A DNA stretch of 64,000 nucleotides from Chlorokybus atmophyticus (GCA_009103225.1 RHPI01000260.1:131156-195155); one strand, 5' to 3'; shown: positions 24,836-38,055, numbered from the stretch's first letter. Notes: generated by a model not told the origin, from the letters alone. A program made the numbers and translations.

Positions 24836-26389
24836 ATCAAGTGCTAAAAGACGTGTCGGACGTTTTCAGTCAATTGTTTTAACATGTTTGCTTCTACTGC
24901 ATGCTCAGCTACACTCCATCCATAAAAGCTCTTCTGTCGATAAACTCTCTTCATTAATCTTCTATTGATCATAATTTGGACATAACTCGCACCCCAACAC
25001 ATGATTTCATTAGCGTGGCAACTTTATTGTCTGCCATGCGCTTTGGTGCAGAGTATAATCAATGGCTGTAGTGTGCAGTGGTCACCGAGTCAATGAGTGC
25101 TTCTATCTCACACAAGCTGCATGTACATGTCAACAACAATAATAAGGCTTTAATGAAGTATAATTGCGCAATATTGTATATACATGATGTGCTTGCTCTT
25201 GGCCAGAGATGATCAGCCCCAATCAGCTTTGTATTGTACCTTTGCCTCAGTTGTGCTATCGCATGTTACATTCAAATGAAGAAAAATATGATTGTTTTGA
25301 TGACATATCGATTTGGCTGCTATGCAAGAAGTGTTGACCAACTGCAACTATACCCAAGCACGATTTTTGCGTATCGAATAAATAGCAAGCTATGATCGTG
25401 ATCTCTTGCCACATGCAACTCACGCGTGGCAAACCAGCTTGCATGAAGGTCGACAAGATTTGCGCTCACCGCATTATACTGGCAACGGCGACGCGTGTCG
25501 TCCGCCGTATTTTTACAACCAGCATGGAACATGCGCGCGAGGGGGAATCTTGTACGGCAAGCAATTTCAAGGCGCTGACAGCATTTCTCAACTACCCTTG
25601 ATATAATGAATCTCATGTCTCTAGTGGAGTCGTTTGGGTTTCTGAGCAAAAAATTTAAAATGTAATGCCGAAAAAATGACATTTTACTTGGCTCGAAATA
25701 CGCCGTCGAAAACCGCATATGACCGTTGCTGTTGCCGTTACTGTTGAAGCACCCGGGTAACCCGGAAGCACCCGGAAGCACCCGGGTAACCCGGAAGGCT
25801 GCAGTAACCATCATTTCTGGGTAGCATAAAAACGGGGTGAGACGAGGAACATCATGCTTGGGTGTTAAGCTAATCATCAACCGAAAAAATATCATTGTGT
25901 AGCTATCAGGTAATATTCGTGAGAAACAGTTCATGCACACACATGTCCGTCAATAAGTCAACGCCGCCTCGAAACCTTTAACATGTCAAAACCTCAAAAT
26001 AGCCCCAAGTAACAAACCAACACTCTATTACATGGCTTGGAAGCGTGTTCATGCATTTACAATTCCCACCATGCCTAAGGGCAGTTGACCCTAATGTTTC
26101 CCAACGACACTTTCCGACTGCCCGGTCTCGGGCTCTCAGAAATGGGCCTGAGATGGCCAGCCCATCTCAGTCTGCATCTGATTTGCCGGCCAGAGAACCC
26201 GTTCCGCTGAGCCCGAACTTATCCTACCACCCCCGATTAAGTTTAAACCACGTGACTCACTACGGCGCAGGCATTTGTCTCCCGTTTTGGGACGGGCAGA
26301 GCTGTAGCCCCGAGTGGCCCGGCCTGGTAGTCTGGCCTGGCCTGGTTTGCGCGGGGCGGGGCGGGGCGGGACAACCAGATCAGGCAGCC

Positions 26390-28371
26390 ATGTCTGGAGC
26401 GGCGTGGCGATGGTGGGCGCTGGCGTTGGCCGCTGCCGCGGTGGTGGTGGCGATGGGGGCGGCGGCGGCGGAGGAGGCCAGCTGCCCACTTGGGTTCGAG
26501 GAGTCGTTCAAGTTTTATGGCCATCTGGACGACCAGCCCTGCTTACAGGTGCCAAAGCTACCACTTCTGATGATCTGACCACTCAATATCATAGAGCGTT
26601 AGTCAAAAATTCCTTGCCCTGCATCGTGCCATCAAGATGCGTGTCTGTGTCTGCGCGCACAAGCGCATCTAGTTCTTTCCTGCGTTGTGGTGGCTTACAG
26701 GCCGTAAGGTGTGCGTTTGCGCGTGCGTGTGATCGTGCGTGCTTGAGTGCGTGTGCTACCATCCCATGGGAAGAACACAAGCACTTGACAGCGCGTGCAC
26801 ATATGGATGAGCCGATGTCATGAGCGTGCACTCATCTATCACATACCTTACTTTAATAGGACAAACCTCACATTATATCTACCTGTGCCATCACCACGAG
26901 CACCACCACCATCATGATTACTAGTATGGGTACGACTAATAAGTTGTGAGAGCATCAACTTGCTGCTACTCTTAGGACTTGTCACTGCCCTTGTATCCTT
27001 TACTACTTCCATCATCACCATGGATACTAATTCTACTACATGCACTCTTGTCACCCTCCACTGTTAATATAGTCTCCCCCACCAGCTTCCAGAGGCATCG
27101 GATGCCGCAGAGTATCTTCAGGACACGCAGTGGCGGCTGTCGTTGGTGCGGCCTGATGGCGAGGCCGTCCCGGGCTGGTGCTACGCCGGCACCAACCCCG
27201 CACGCGACGCCTTCCGCAGGGTGGCCCTCGGAGAGACGGCCTGCCCCCTTCAGGTGCGTTTTGGGAGGACAGTGCCTTTTCCTTTTCAAGTTGTGGTTTT
27301 TGTGGGGGCGGGGNNNNNNNNNNNNNNNNNNNNNNNNNNNNNNNNNNNNNNNNNNNNNNNNNNNNNNNNNNNNNNNNNNNNNNNNNNNNNNNNNNNNNNN
27401 NNNNNNNNNNNNNNNNNNNNNNNNNNNNNNNNNNNNNNNNNNNNNNNNNNNNNNNNNNNNNNNNNNNNNNNNNNNNNNNNNNNNNNNNNNNNNNNNNNNN
27501 NNNNNNNNNNNNNNNNNNNNNNNNNNNNNNNNNNNNNNATCATAGTACACTGAGGGGGAAGGCGGCGAGGGGGTGTCACATTTTGATGTGACTGAAGGTG
27601 TGTGGCTGTGCGTGCACAGTGGACAAAGTATGTTGGTGAGGAGAGCGGGCACGCCATCCCGCTGTCGGATCTGTTCTACTTCCAGGGCAACAGGGTGAGT
27701 GGTGCTTATCGTGCTTGTGCTGCCGCCGCTGCTGCTAATGTTGTGTCTTGCAGTTGTGGCTGCGCAACTCGGCAGCGGCCAACCACATGGTCCTGAGTGA
27801 ACTTGACGGTGCTCTGGTCCGCGCCTATGTGACCTGCGACAGCGGCGACTCCGGCTGGGTTGCCTTCAGAGTCCGTTGCAACTGTGGCGGTGCGTAATGT
27901 TTTGCCAACAGTCATGGCAACACATGGTGCAGTTGTGGCTTGACGGGTGTAACTGACTGGCAGTGTCGGAGGTGCATGGGTGCGAGGAGACGGCAGAGGT
28001 GCCAGGCACAGCGCTGGTGGCAGCCTGTCCGTCCGGGGGCACCATCAACGTGCTGGACTACAACTATGGTCGCACCGACCAGAGTGTCTGCAGCTACCCA
28101 TGCAGGGGTGCCTATGCACCTGAACGCTGCCTCCGCACCAACTGCTGGTAAATCAATCAGCCTCATCAACACCAACATACCACTGTGTAAAGATACAGGC
28201 TGGAAATGACTGAGTGTGGTTGACACTGTGTGCAGGGGCAAGCCGCAGCTGGTGTACTCCATGTGCCATGGGCAGCAGAACTGCACCATACCCGTGGAGC
28301 GCTCCACCATGGCGGGTGACCCATGCCCGGACACCTACAAGTATCTGTCCATGAAGTACTACTGCAACTGA
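26390..28371 (+). CDS. Secreted protein with C-terminal SUEL / galactose-rhamnose-binding lectin domain; 6 exons (26390-26548, 27086-27253, 27620-27694, ~27754-27889, ~27964-28148, ~28236-28371)
   Basis: Signal peptide MSGAAWRWWALALAAAAVVVAMGAAAA; ACPSGGTINVLDYNYGRTDQSVC ... CHGQQNCTIPV...GDPCPDTYKYLSMKYYC is the Gal_lectin signature. Confidence 0.88.
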
Positions 28372-28941
28372 GGGGGCACACAGTACAGTGTAGCTGGCTG
28401 CGGTTGCCTCTATGGGTGACCTTGAATGACTTGACTTGGGGCGTTGAATGACGGAATGTCATTCCGCTCGTGTATGCCTTGTGCATAGCTGACTAGACAG
28501 TCACACAGTGTGATGAAGCGCACAGCATGCACGCCATTGGAATGCAATTGTGCCAGTAAAAAGCAGTTGTCATACAGGTTCAGGTTGCTAATATCGTCCA
28601 CTGGTGACTCTGGTTTCATCGCACTGCAGCAAATGAAAGCCAACCCTGCTGCAAACATTACGGGCAGCGGGTGTCTGAGTTGTGATGCGGTCAACTTGAC
28701 ACATAAGCCATGCATGGCGGCACACGAAACACACAGCGACGCACCCGGAAGCAGCTGGGCAAGCAGAAGCAATTTTGTGCCATAAATATACATATACTGC
28801 CACACAAGAAGTAGCGACCCATGCACTCACACAGCAACCCATCATATACTGGAAAGCCAACCACAACCGCATCCTATCACTCCCTTACAGACCACATACG
28901 CAAACACGCACTGAAATCCACATGTAACAACATAACCAGAA

Positions 28942-30354
28942 TCAATCATCTAGCTCATCATCAGCTTCCTGTTCTCGACGCGCTATCAAGCGCTCAACGT
29001 AAGCACGCGTCGCACTTGCCGACCCTGTGTCGGTACCGTTATCGTCACCTCCTTGGCATACAGGCCCCAGCTGATTCAGCCCAAAAGCAACATCTGAGAG
29101 CAGCAAACACACAAAGTCAGCAACTGTTCATTCCAATTACATATGGCACACTACCCAATCAGACATGCGACCGCGCAACAATGTTGATGCTGCCGACAGG
29201 TTTGATGCGTACGCCTGCACTAACAATGCAGTCCCATCCAGTCAATCCCTGATAGACAAACGAGTCTTGCGAGGGTCAAAGTCAACACATGCGCTTGCAG
29301 TGCGATATGGTAGTTCAAGATGTGCACACTTCAAGTGTTGACAATGGTGCCATTGGTCATGCGGCTAGAGCATGTGTGCACGCCAAAGCAAGTCTCTGTT
29401 GTACATGTCACCAAAGTGCACAGCGGCCAGTGAACAAAGTGCCATAACTGCCACGCAACATAAACACACCTTCTGGAGACGCATTCCGTCCACCAAAGCG
29501 CACGAGTCCCACAAGAGTGGCTTTGACAGCACCGTTGAAGTAAACAAGCAGTGTAGGCAGATTGCTGTCCGGATAGTTGGGTATACAATCGGTTGAGACA
29601 ATCTTAACAAACTTCGTGCCAGGGTAACGTTCTGCCAGCTTCTCCAGACACCGACTCATGATACCACATTCTGTTATACTGCAAGCGACAGAGGACACGT
29701 TCCAGTCCTTGCACGCATGAAAGCACACATGGAGAAAGGTCTGCAGCAACTTACCTGTCCTTGAACAGGTGAACAACCACATGGACATCCTGTACACGCG
29801 ACACCTTCTCGATGAACTCCGATGCTTTGATCTGCTCCACCGAACTAAATCGAGGTTTTCTGTGAGCCTCTCTCAACTCGTTCAGTCTTTGCTGCCTACC
29901 AGACATGCAGTTCAGCGACTAGGAGAGGCTCGGCAACCTGCAACAAGCAGCGCCATGCCAATCACAAACGCGTAAGCTGACAGGCAGGCATGCACACTAT
30001 GTCCTGCTCCACAGTGTCAAATCCTGATAAGCCTTCAGTAACTTAACATGCACTCAATCGCTTGGTCACTTGCTCAGACAAAGGGTAACATTGTGTTTTA
30101 CAGTAGCCAAACCTATACTGCTCGAGGAAGCGGTCGTCAGCGTCCAGCTCATCGTGCAGCTCCTCTAACTCCTCCTCGTCCAGGCGGGCGACGGCGGCAG
30201 CGTCCCGGGGTGCTCCCTCGTCTGAACTGGGCTCCCAGGGTGCCGGCTTGGGCCTTTCCGGCAGCGGCGGCAGGTTGCCCAGCCGTCTCTGGATGTCGTC
30301 CCACTGCGTCGTCGTCCCAGGCACATCCTTGTGCACAAAGTGGTAATCCGCCAT
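28942..30354 (-). CDS. PLP2: Phosducin-like protein 2/3 (PhLP2, thioredoxin-fold CCT co-chaperone), 4 exons
   Basis: TTQWDDIQRRLGNLP; RFSSVEQIKASEFIEKVS..VVVHLFK; CLEKLAERYPGTKFVKIVSTDCIPNYPDSNLPTLLVY; last exon DVAFGLNQLGPV...ELDD*. Confidence 0.92.
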
Positions 30355-30839
30355 CACCTCGCCCCCCCTCTAATCTACAGCCAGCAGCCAAGCAAGCTCG
30401 ACGCTCCGCCAGCCCTGGACCAGGCCACCACCGTCCTGCTCCTGGCTTAACAACAACACTTAACTTAACACACGCTGGACGCTTAGCGCACACAAAGCAT
30501 GGCACAGCATTCGCTTGTCCGGTAGGCGCCAGTCAACACAACGGAGCATGGCAGTAGGTTGCTGCCGGTCGGTCTGTTGTGTTATCTGCCGGACAGAGGT
30601 TGTCGACTGTCCGGCCGCGACACTGCTCTCGCGCGGCAACTGTTCGCAGCGGCACTGCGCAAAGCTGCGACAGTAAGTAAGGCTTCCGCTTGACTTGACC
30701 AGCAACAGGCGCTGGTGGGGGTGGTGGGGGTGGGGTGATAGGGTGGTGCAGCACGTGCAAGGTGACTACGTGACTGTGGCTTGCAATGGCATACAGTAGT
30801 GTGCTGTTGTGAACCGGAGGGAGGCTGAAGAGCAACAGA

Positions 30840-33800
30840 ATGGCGAATGTGAGGGAGAGGCGGGTGCTGAGCGCCCTGGTTCTGGCTCTGTTTGGGCTGC
30901 TGGCCCTCATTACTGTGCACTATGTTCAGGTGCAGTGCAGTCTCTTTCTATGCTGAGTGTAGTTGCTTGCTGAATGTGGTTGATCGCTGAGCTTCGACTA
31001 TCAGCTGCGTCAACAACGTTCGTAACAGACATACCTGTAAGGCAAGCATTGCATCGGCATGGCAGTGGATGTAGGATTAAACGTGATGAGAAGACTCTCT
31101 GGATATCCAATAACTTTTTTTGTGGGACGCTGCAATCTAGTTCTCTTCAGCTAGTACGTCACTCTTGCATTGCACGCTTTCACACGCCACTGAAGACATT
31201 CTCTTCCTTCGTTGAACAACCTGCCATCGTCAAGTGTCAAGCCAACGGTGTAATAATCACAAGCCTGCACGCAGGTGGCAGATCTAATGTTTCATCATCC
31301 GAACTCTACAACGCAATCAATGCATGCACGTTGGTATGGTCGAGTATTGTCGTTGACAGCTTGGTAGTTGTAAACTGGCGGCGTACGCAGGACATTGCTT
31401 ACTGGAAGGTGTTGGAGGACACTGTAGAGACTGAACGTGCATCACGACAGCGCTGGCAACATCGTGCTGTAAGCATCTACACCACGTTCACTCCGGATTG
31501 ACCTCTAGTGTGCATCTCTGTCATCTATACTCGGTAAGCTATGGCTGCTTTGTTGCTCTGGTTCAGCGACTTGCACTGCAGGAGGACCTGAAGCGTCGGG
31601 TGCTGTCCACCGATATTGGCGAGGGTGGGGAGAGGGAAGGCGTGGTGATTAAGCAGCAGGCGAGCGGGCGTGATATCGCACTCGTGCAGACAGACGGCGT
31701 TGCGAAAGAGTGTCCAACATGCCCAAAGTGTTTGGCCGCAGCTGAGGGGTCGGGTACTGATATTGCAGGTAGCAAACAAGGCGACCTCCTAAACTTCAAG
31801 GTGGGTTGCGATACTGTACCACTCGCTGGCCTCCGTGTCATTGTTGCAATAGCAGACCAACACGCACGTAATGTCCAGATTTACGTGTATGACTTGCCGC
31901 CGGAGTTCCATTCTACGCTGAAAGCGGAGCAGCCGCGTTGCGTGAATGACCAGTACGGCACGGAAATCTTGTAAGTAACCATCATGTGCTTGCAGTCCAT
32001 GCATTACGCAAGCAATGGCGTGACGACTTGCAAGCTTCTGGTAGCTTCACCAGGCCACATACAGCCAATTTACAAACTGACACAGCACATGAACCTTTTG
32101 TTGTGTGTGTGCAGGTTTCATGAGCAGCTACTGCGGAGTCCGCTACTAACCAAAGACCCAAAAGAGGTGCGATGCCTGTTGGCTATTGCTTGAGCACGCA
32201 TGTGTGCGTGCATGTGTCTGCATGTGCGTGCGCGCGGCGCGGCGCAGGGGGGGGGGGGGGGGAAGGGGGGGNNNNNNNNNNNNNNNNNNNNNNNNNNNNN
32301 NNNNNNNNNNNNNNNNNNNNNNNNNNNNNNNNNNNNNNNNNNNNNNNNNNNNNNNNNNNNNNNNNNNNNNNNNNNNNNNNNNNNNNNNNNNNNNNNNNNN
32401 NNNNNNNNNNNGGGGGGGGGGGGGGGAGGAAGGGGGGGAGAAATCTGCATGGCTCGTGATGTGGGGTTACATGTTCAGGCGGAATTCTTCTTTGTCCCAA
32501 TATACGGCGAATGCTACCTGTTTCGCGAGACGCAAAAGTGCGTCTATAAGAAACAGGCTTGTTTGGTTGAGACTTATTGACTTTCATTTTAACTGACGTT
32601 TTTTGATGTGCGCAGGAATGGCAAGACAGCGTTTGACAACACCAACGTGTGGTAAGTTCTACAATAATGTACTAATCATAGTACACTGAGTGTTTTGGTA
32701 AGTTCTACAACACGCTTATGTATGCGATGCAGGTACAAGCGTGCAATGGATGTCGTGATCAACGATTCTCCGCACTGGAATGCTACGGGTGGGCGAGACC
32801 ACCTGTTTGTGTTTGCGGGTGCGCGCGGGGCTCACATCTTCAAAGACTGGAAGAACTACATCAAGCGCAGCATTTTTCTCACTCCGGAAGGCGACCGCAC
32901 CCTTGGGTACCGCACTAGCATCGCAATAGTACTTACAAGCACAAGAGAGAATGAATAGGGTCCACTCATAAGTTACCACTTAACTTGCAACAGGGAGCAG
33001 TTCAACACCTGGAAGGATGTTGTCATACCCGGGTTGGAGGTGAGGGCAGAATGTGCGACAGCTGCAACCGGACCACTTTTGCGCCAGTTAGACCCATGCA
33101 TGCAATGTAGGTTGGAGACTGACATCATGCGCGGCAGATTGACAGGAAGTTTGCAACTGGAGAGCTCCGAAACTCCCGCGTCCCTCGTGACATCTTTGCA
33201 TCATTCCGAGGAACAATACATAACAAGGTGGGCGCAGCACAATGTGGTCAATGCAGGTCAACGTGGTCATGCGCGTTTCTCACTCAACATCCCCTGCAGG
33301 GGGGTTCAACATACAGCAGAGGCATTCGCATACTGATGGAGCAAGCATACAAGAACATGACAGGTGGGTAAGCCTTTGTAACAACACTGTGGTTACACTT
33401 CTGCTCCTGTGAATACCCATGCAATGTTGGTACAATGGCAGATGTGGTGTTCAGTGAGCCTTCTTCCAAGTGTAACCGCGACTGCTACCGGGACCAAATG
33501 CGGAGAAGGTGCATTGCACGACCGTGCAATCTAGCTTAGGTTGGAGGAAGAAGTTCCATTGCGCACTGACAAGCCTTGTTGACGCAGTACTTTCTGCCTT
33601 TGTCCAAGAGGGTGGTCGCCATGGACCTTACGCACGTACCAGGCTATGATGGTAAGCGTGCGGTTGTGGGGCTCAGAACTCGCAAAGGTCAGGAGTTGCT
33701 GCATGTCTTGCCGCATTCATGACATCAAGCATTCACTCAGTCCTTTGTCACGGTGTTCTTGTTCTTTTTAGTCTACTTTTGCAATAAGCCAATGCGCGTT

Positions 33801-34319
33801 TTAAGACAACATATGATTGCAGGTCGGCTGCATTCCCGTCATTATAGCGGATGAGATAGAGTTCCCATACGAAAGTTCCCTTGATTGGAGTCAGCTGACT
33901 GTCAAGATTCCCGAGGCAAAGGCTGTACAGGCAAGCTTGTTCACAGTCACTTTTGCTCATCTGTAATAAATGCCAGGCACATGACGCTTGACTTGGACAG
34001 ACGATAAGTATCCTACGAAGTATGAGCACTGCGGAGGTTGAGCGCACGCAAAAGGCTATTGAGGCGGTAAGTGTCACCAGCCTGTGCATTGTGTCGTAAA
34101 CGGTCCAATACATACGCTGCTCTTCGGCAACTTGGATGCTATGTGGAGGCTGCATTCAATATTGAACTTATTACAAACTCACTTCCATATTATCAGGTGT
34201 GGCACATGATGGCATATCAGCTTCCCGCGCAGCCCGGAGACGCTTTCTATTCAATAATGCAGGAATTAGGCCGCAAGAAGCGGCGGTTCAAACACTCGAC
34301 CACAGTGTTTTGGAATTGA
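30840..34319 (+). CDS. GT47 exostosin-family glycosyltransferase (IRX10/GUT-like), type II membrane protein, many exons, spans N gap
   Basis: N-terminal TM anchor; IYVYDLPPEFH, QYGTEI, AEFFFVPIY, GGRDHLFVF, YSRGIR, STFCLCPRGWSPWTLR, GCIPVIIADEIEFPY, PGDAFYSIMQEL. Confidence 0.93.
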
Positions 34320-34931
34320 TTTTGCGAAATGTGCTGATTAACTTTATCTCGCTGTGGCCTAAGATTGAAGTGTTCTGGTGCTGAGTTATGCCACCTGCCT
34401 TGCCTCACTCCAGCACACTGGCCGTCATTGTAGTCTGTGTGAAATGAGACACTGTGCCTCTGCTGCTCGTCATAGGTACCACTTTTATACTAGCTCATTC
34501 AGTCTAGACTGTAGTGGATCGCGACACAACATACCAGAATGGCCATGTAGCTAGGGTTGCGACAGTATTCAGTGTGATGTGGGGGTTCAACCTGCATGAG
34601 TGAGTGAACGTATCATTACAGGCACAATCACTGCCCACAACCCACGACAGGCCACTACGCTAAGCAGAGTACCACACCAAGACAATGTGTCCAGACAAAA
34701 TCCCTACCCTGTCTGCACCGAAGATAGCCCTCACTAACAGCATCTGTTTCATGTACAATTTGTAGTATCAGCAGCAGCACATCGTGTGGACATGCTTTCA
34801 GCTGAGCCTGTTGCCTGCAGGCAGCAGTGCTGCTTATGCCGCAACAATGTAACTGGCATTGACAACTGCACGGCATCTTGCATCATCAGCTTCCGTGTTT
34901 CACTTGTTTGCCAACCAAGGTGAAGCAGCCA

Positions 34932-37336
34932 CTACGCTCGCATGGACAAGCTTAGGCGCTGCTGGAAGCGCTGTTTGGCTTGCATTAGCTGATAAGCATT
35001 CTGCAAGTCTGCGGAGCCTGGATGGATAATCTGGCCACTCATGGAAGGCATGGCCTGCTGCGCTCGCAGTTGAGTGACAAAGTGGAAGAAGTCCCGCACT
35101 TGTGAAGCATACCTGGCAGCAACACGCAAATTGACTATGGGTTGACTGTGAACTTGCCATGCAGTGCAACCGGACTACTAATGCTGACTCAACCTGAGCG
35201 CGCAACCAAGTCAATGCCCATGTACACGGCTGCATGACAGCACTTACGCTTCTTTGGCATCTTGGTCCTTGTTGAAGTCAATGCTCTGGTCACAATCGAG
35301 GACAAGTGCAGGCACCTGGCGTCCCAGCTATTAGTATGCACCCAGGTGCTAACGAAAACACTCCAACCCCACGTATACAGAACAGCATGCAGCAAATGGC
35401 TAGATGGACTTGCCTGTTTGATGGACTGATGCACGGACTCGTTTTGCAACAAGAATGTCTTGTCCTTGATGTTGGCCGGTGCATTTGGAAAGTCACAAAT
35501 AGTCATGAGCGAGCCAGGAGTCTTTACGGGCAGAAGCCACTGCTCGTGCTTCTCATGTAGATCCTGCCACACATGCACAATCTTTTGCATCAATACCTGC
35601 GCTGTAAACTGACAGACCATGTGCAGCTGCCGTTTATGCCACAAGGTATGCGTCAAACCTTCAAGTACGACAAGTCCACTTTGTTCTCCTCACGACGCGC
35701 CCTGGATTGCATGCGGGAGTGGCATGTCTCTGGATTTGCTCGCAAATAGATGAACCCGTCCGGCACAAGCCCAGGCAAAGCAGAAATCTGCAACAAGCAG
35801 AAGCTGTCAACAACAGCTTGGGACACCACATCCTCGCCATCCAAAGCAAACTTCACAAGCCCACCATAGCAGTCAGTCAATTTGCTCACCATGGGGTCAA
35901 ACCAGGAATCGTAGATGCTGATTTCCATGTCAGACATCCATTTTGCCTCATGAACAGCACGCACAAACACCATGCGATCGCTGAAGATGCTGCGCTCCAT
36001 CAATCGCAGCGGCTTTGGACCAGCTTGTGTGTTTTGGTTCTGTTCAAGCCATGCTATCAGCCTTGGCATGCAATGCACAACCAACTTGTGGTATGATGCT
36101 TATCTACTTGCAACACCTGCATGGCGCGTGTGAAGAACACGTAGTTCTGGAAGGTATACGCATATCTCGCAGGGTCTTCATAGAACTGCTGCAATATATT
36201 GTGGTTTTTGCCCATGACGTTCTGCCATTGGTCCACAGGCTCGGGTACAATCTCCACAAGATCCTGCAACAAGTACAACACCATTACACATAGCAGTTGT
36301 GCTTGCTGCGTGCCCACTGTTGGGTAGAACAAGTCTGCGTTGTACAATGCCTCAAGCGAAAGGGGCTCAAGAACATGTTGCAACAAACACGGCAACACAC
36401 CTGCAGTTGAATGCAATCTTGTGCCACACGCCGTAGAAACGTTGACTTGCCGACACTGATGTTGCCTTCGACGCAGAAGGTGAGGCGCTGTTCTCCTCCC
36501 GACACCTTCGTCTTGCAGAGGCCTGCGACATATGTCGTGATGGCTTCTGCGTGCTTGCGAAACTTTATCTTACACGTGCTTCTAAGGTAATCTATCATCC
36601 TGTCCTTCTCGCCGCCGGCGTCTTCCAAGAACAAACTCTTCAGGGCATCCACAGACTCGTAACCCTTAGCCACCAGAAGCTCGCTATTGCGGGGGCCAAT
36701 GCCTGGTACGCTCAACAAGCCTGGCACCTGCATGAAGTGAACACTGCAAGTCAAGTTGCTCTGCCTCACGTTTGAAACCCTGCAGCTGTTAAATGCTACT
36801 CTACTTCTCTGAGGAAAGCTGCAAGCATGGTGGCATATCAAACAGCATCGCTACCAACTCTACCTTGGCTACCTGCAATTACACCTCAGCATTGCACACT
36901 CAGTACTAACACGGGAACAGTGACATCGCTGTAAACTAGTATCAACACCAATGCTGCAACCACACAGGGGAGCAGTGACATTAACTAGGGCAGAACGCGC
37001 AAAAGTTTGAAGTTTACCGTTGTAAGTTGTATATGCACCTTTGCTCAGTACCACTGGTAGTACCTGCTCATTGGCCGTGAAGGCCTTGCGGCGTTCCCGC
37101 CTGGCGACTTTGACATCCGTGCCAGCAAGCAGCTCAGCGTCAGGCTTACCAGCTGCAGCAGACGTCTGCGGTGCCAACAGTGGTACGGCATCCGCAGACT
37201 CCGGTGCGTCATCTGCCTGTTGTCTGTCATGTGCAAGGGTGCAAACTGCCCTACTGGATGTGATGGTACTAGCTGCTATGTGCGTTGTTGGTCTCCGTCC
37301 AGCGAACAACCTGAAGACATTAAGCATGAGCATCAC
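34932..37336 (-). CDS. dNK: Plant-type multisubstrate deoxynucleoside kinase with N-terminal HhH-like segment; 5' end uncertain (may extend to ~37600)
   Basis: LLSVPGIGPRN; RLTFCVEGNISVGKSTFL (P-loop); VEIVPEPVDQWQ; RYAYTFQNYVFFTR; LMERSIFSDRMVFVRAVHEAKWM; PGLVPDGFIYLRANPETC; HEKHEQWLLP. Confidence 0.93.
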
Positions 37337-37863
37337 ATCTGCACCGATATGCTAGTTGAAAACTGGACAATAAAACAGCCTAATAGCTATTGCGGATGGA
37401 ATGGAGGGCATTGCATTTCCGCCGCTTGGCTCACCGCTGTGAGCCACTCAGGAAAGAACGCTTCATCAAACGATGCCTGGCATTTGTTGAGGCTGCGAAA
37501 GCCGGTAGAGCGTGAGCGTGAGGCAGGAGCACAAGAAGGGCTTGGCCCGCGGTTGGCGTCATGACATGACGGTGTGCAAGCCGGGCTGAGGCCAAATCGC
37601 AAGTGCCGGCGACTCTGCAGTCCCGGGTCACGACGCCATAATACAGCCCGTCAAGCAGCTTTCCACGGCCCAGCCACTACAGCTTGTCCGCTTCAGGCTC
37701 CGGCACCAGCAGGCGGCGGCCTCGCCTCCCGTGCCGCAGCCGCCGCCGGCGGCGAAAGAAGGAGACCTATAACAATAACCGTTCCGCCCACCGTCCGCTG
37801 CTCGCAGTAAATTTCCGCGCCAACCCTCTTCGTGATGCCGACGCGGACAACTATGCCGCCACC

Positions 37864-37895
<32 letters not shown>

Positions 37896-38055
37896 CAGCG
37901 CCCGCCTGCGACCTCCTGCCGTAAGTTCCGTTCTTCCAACGTGCGGCTGCGTTGCTTGGGCATGAGAGTTGGGTCAGTGCTTGCGTGTGTGAGTTCAACG
38001 CTTGTAGGCCTAGCATGTAAAGCCCTGGTTGCTTCATCCATGACTGAGGTTGCAG

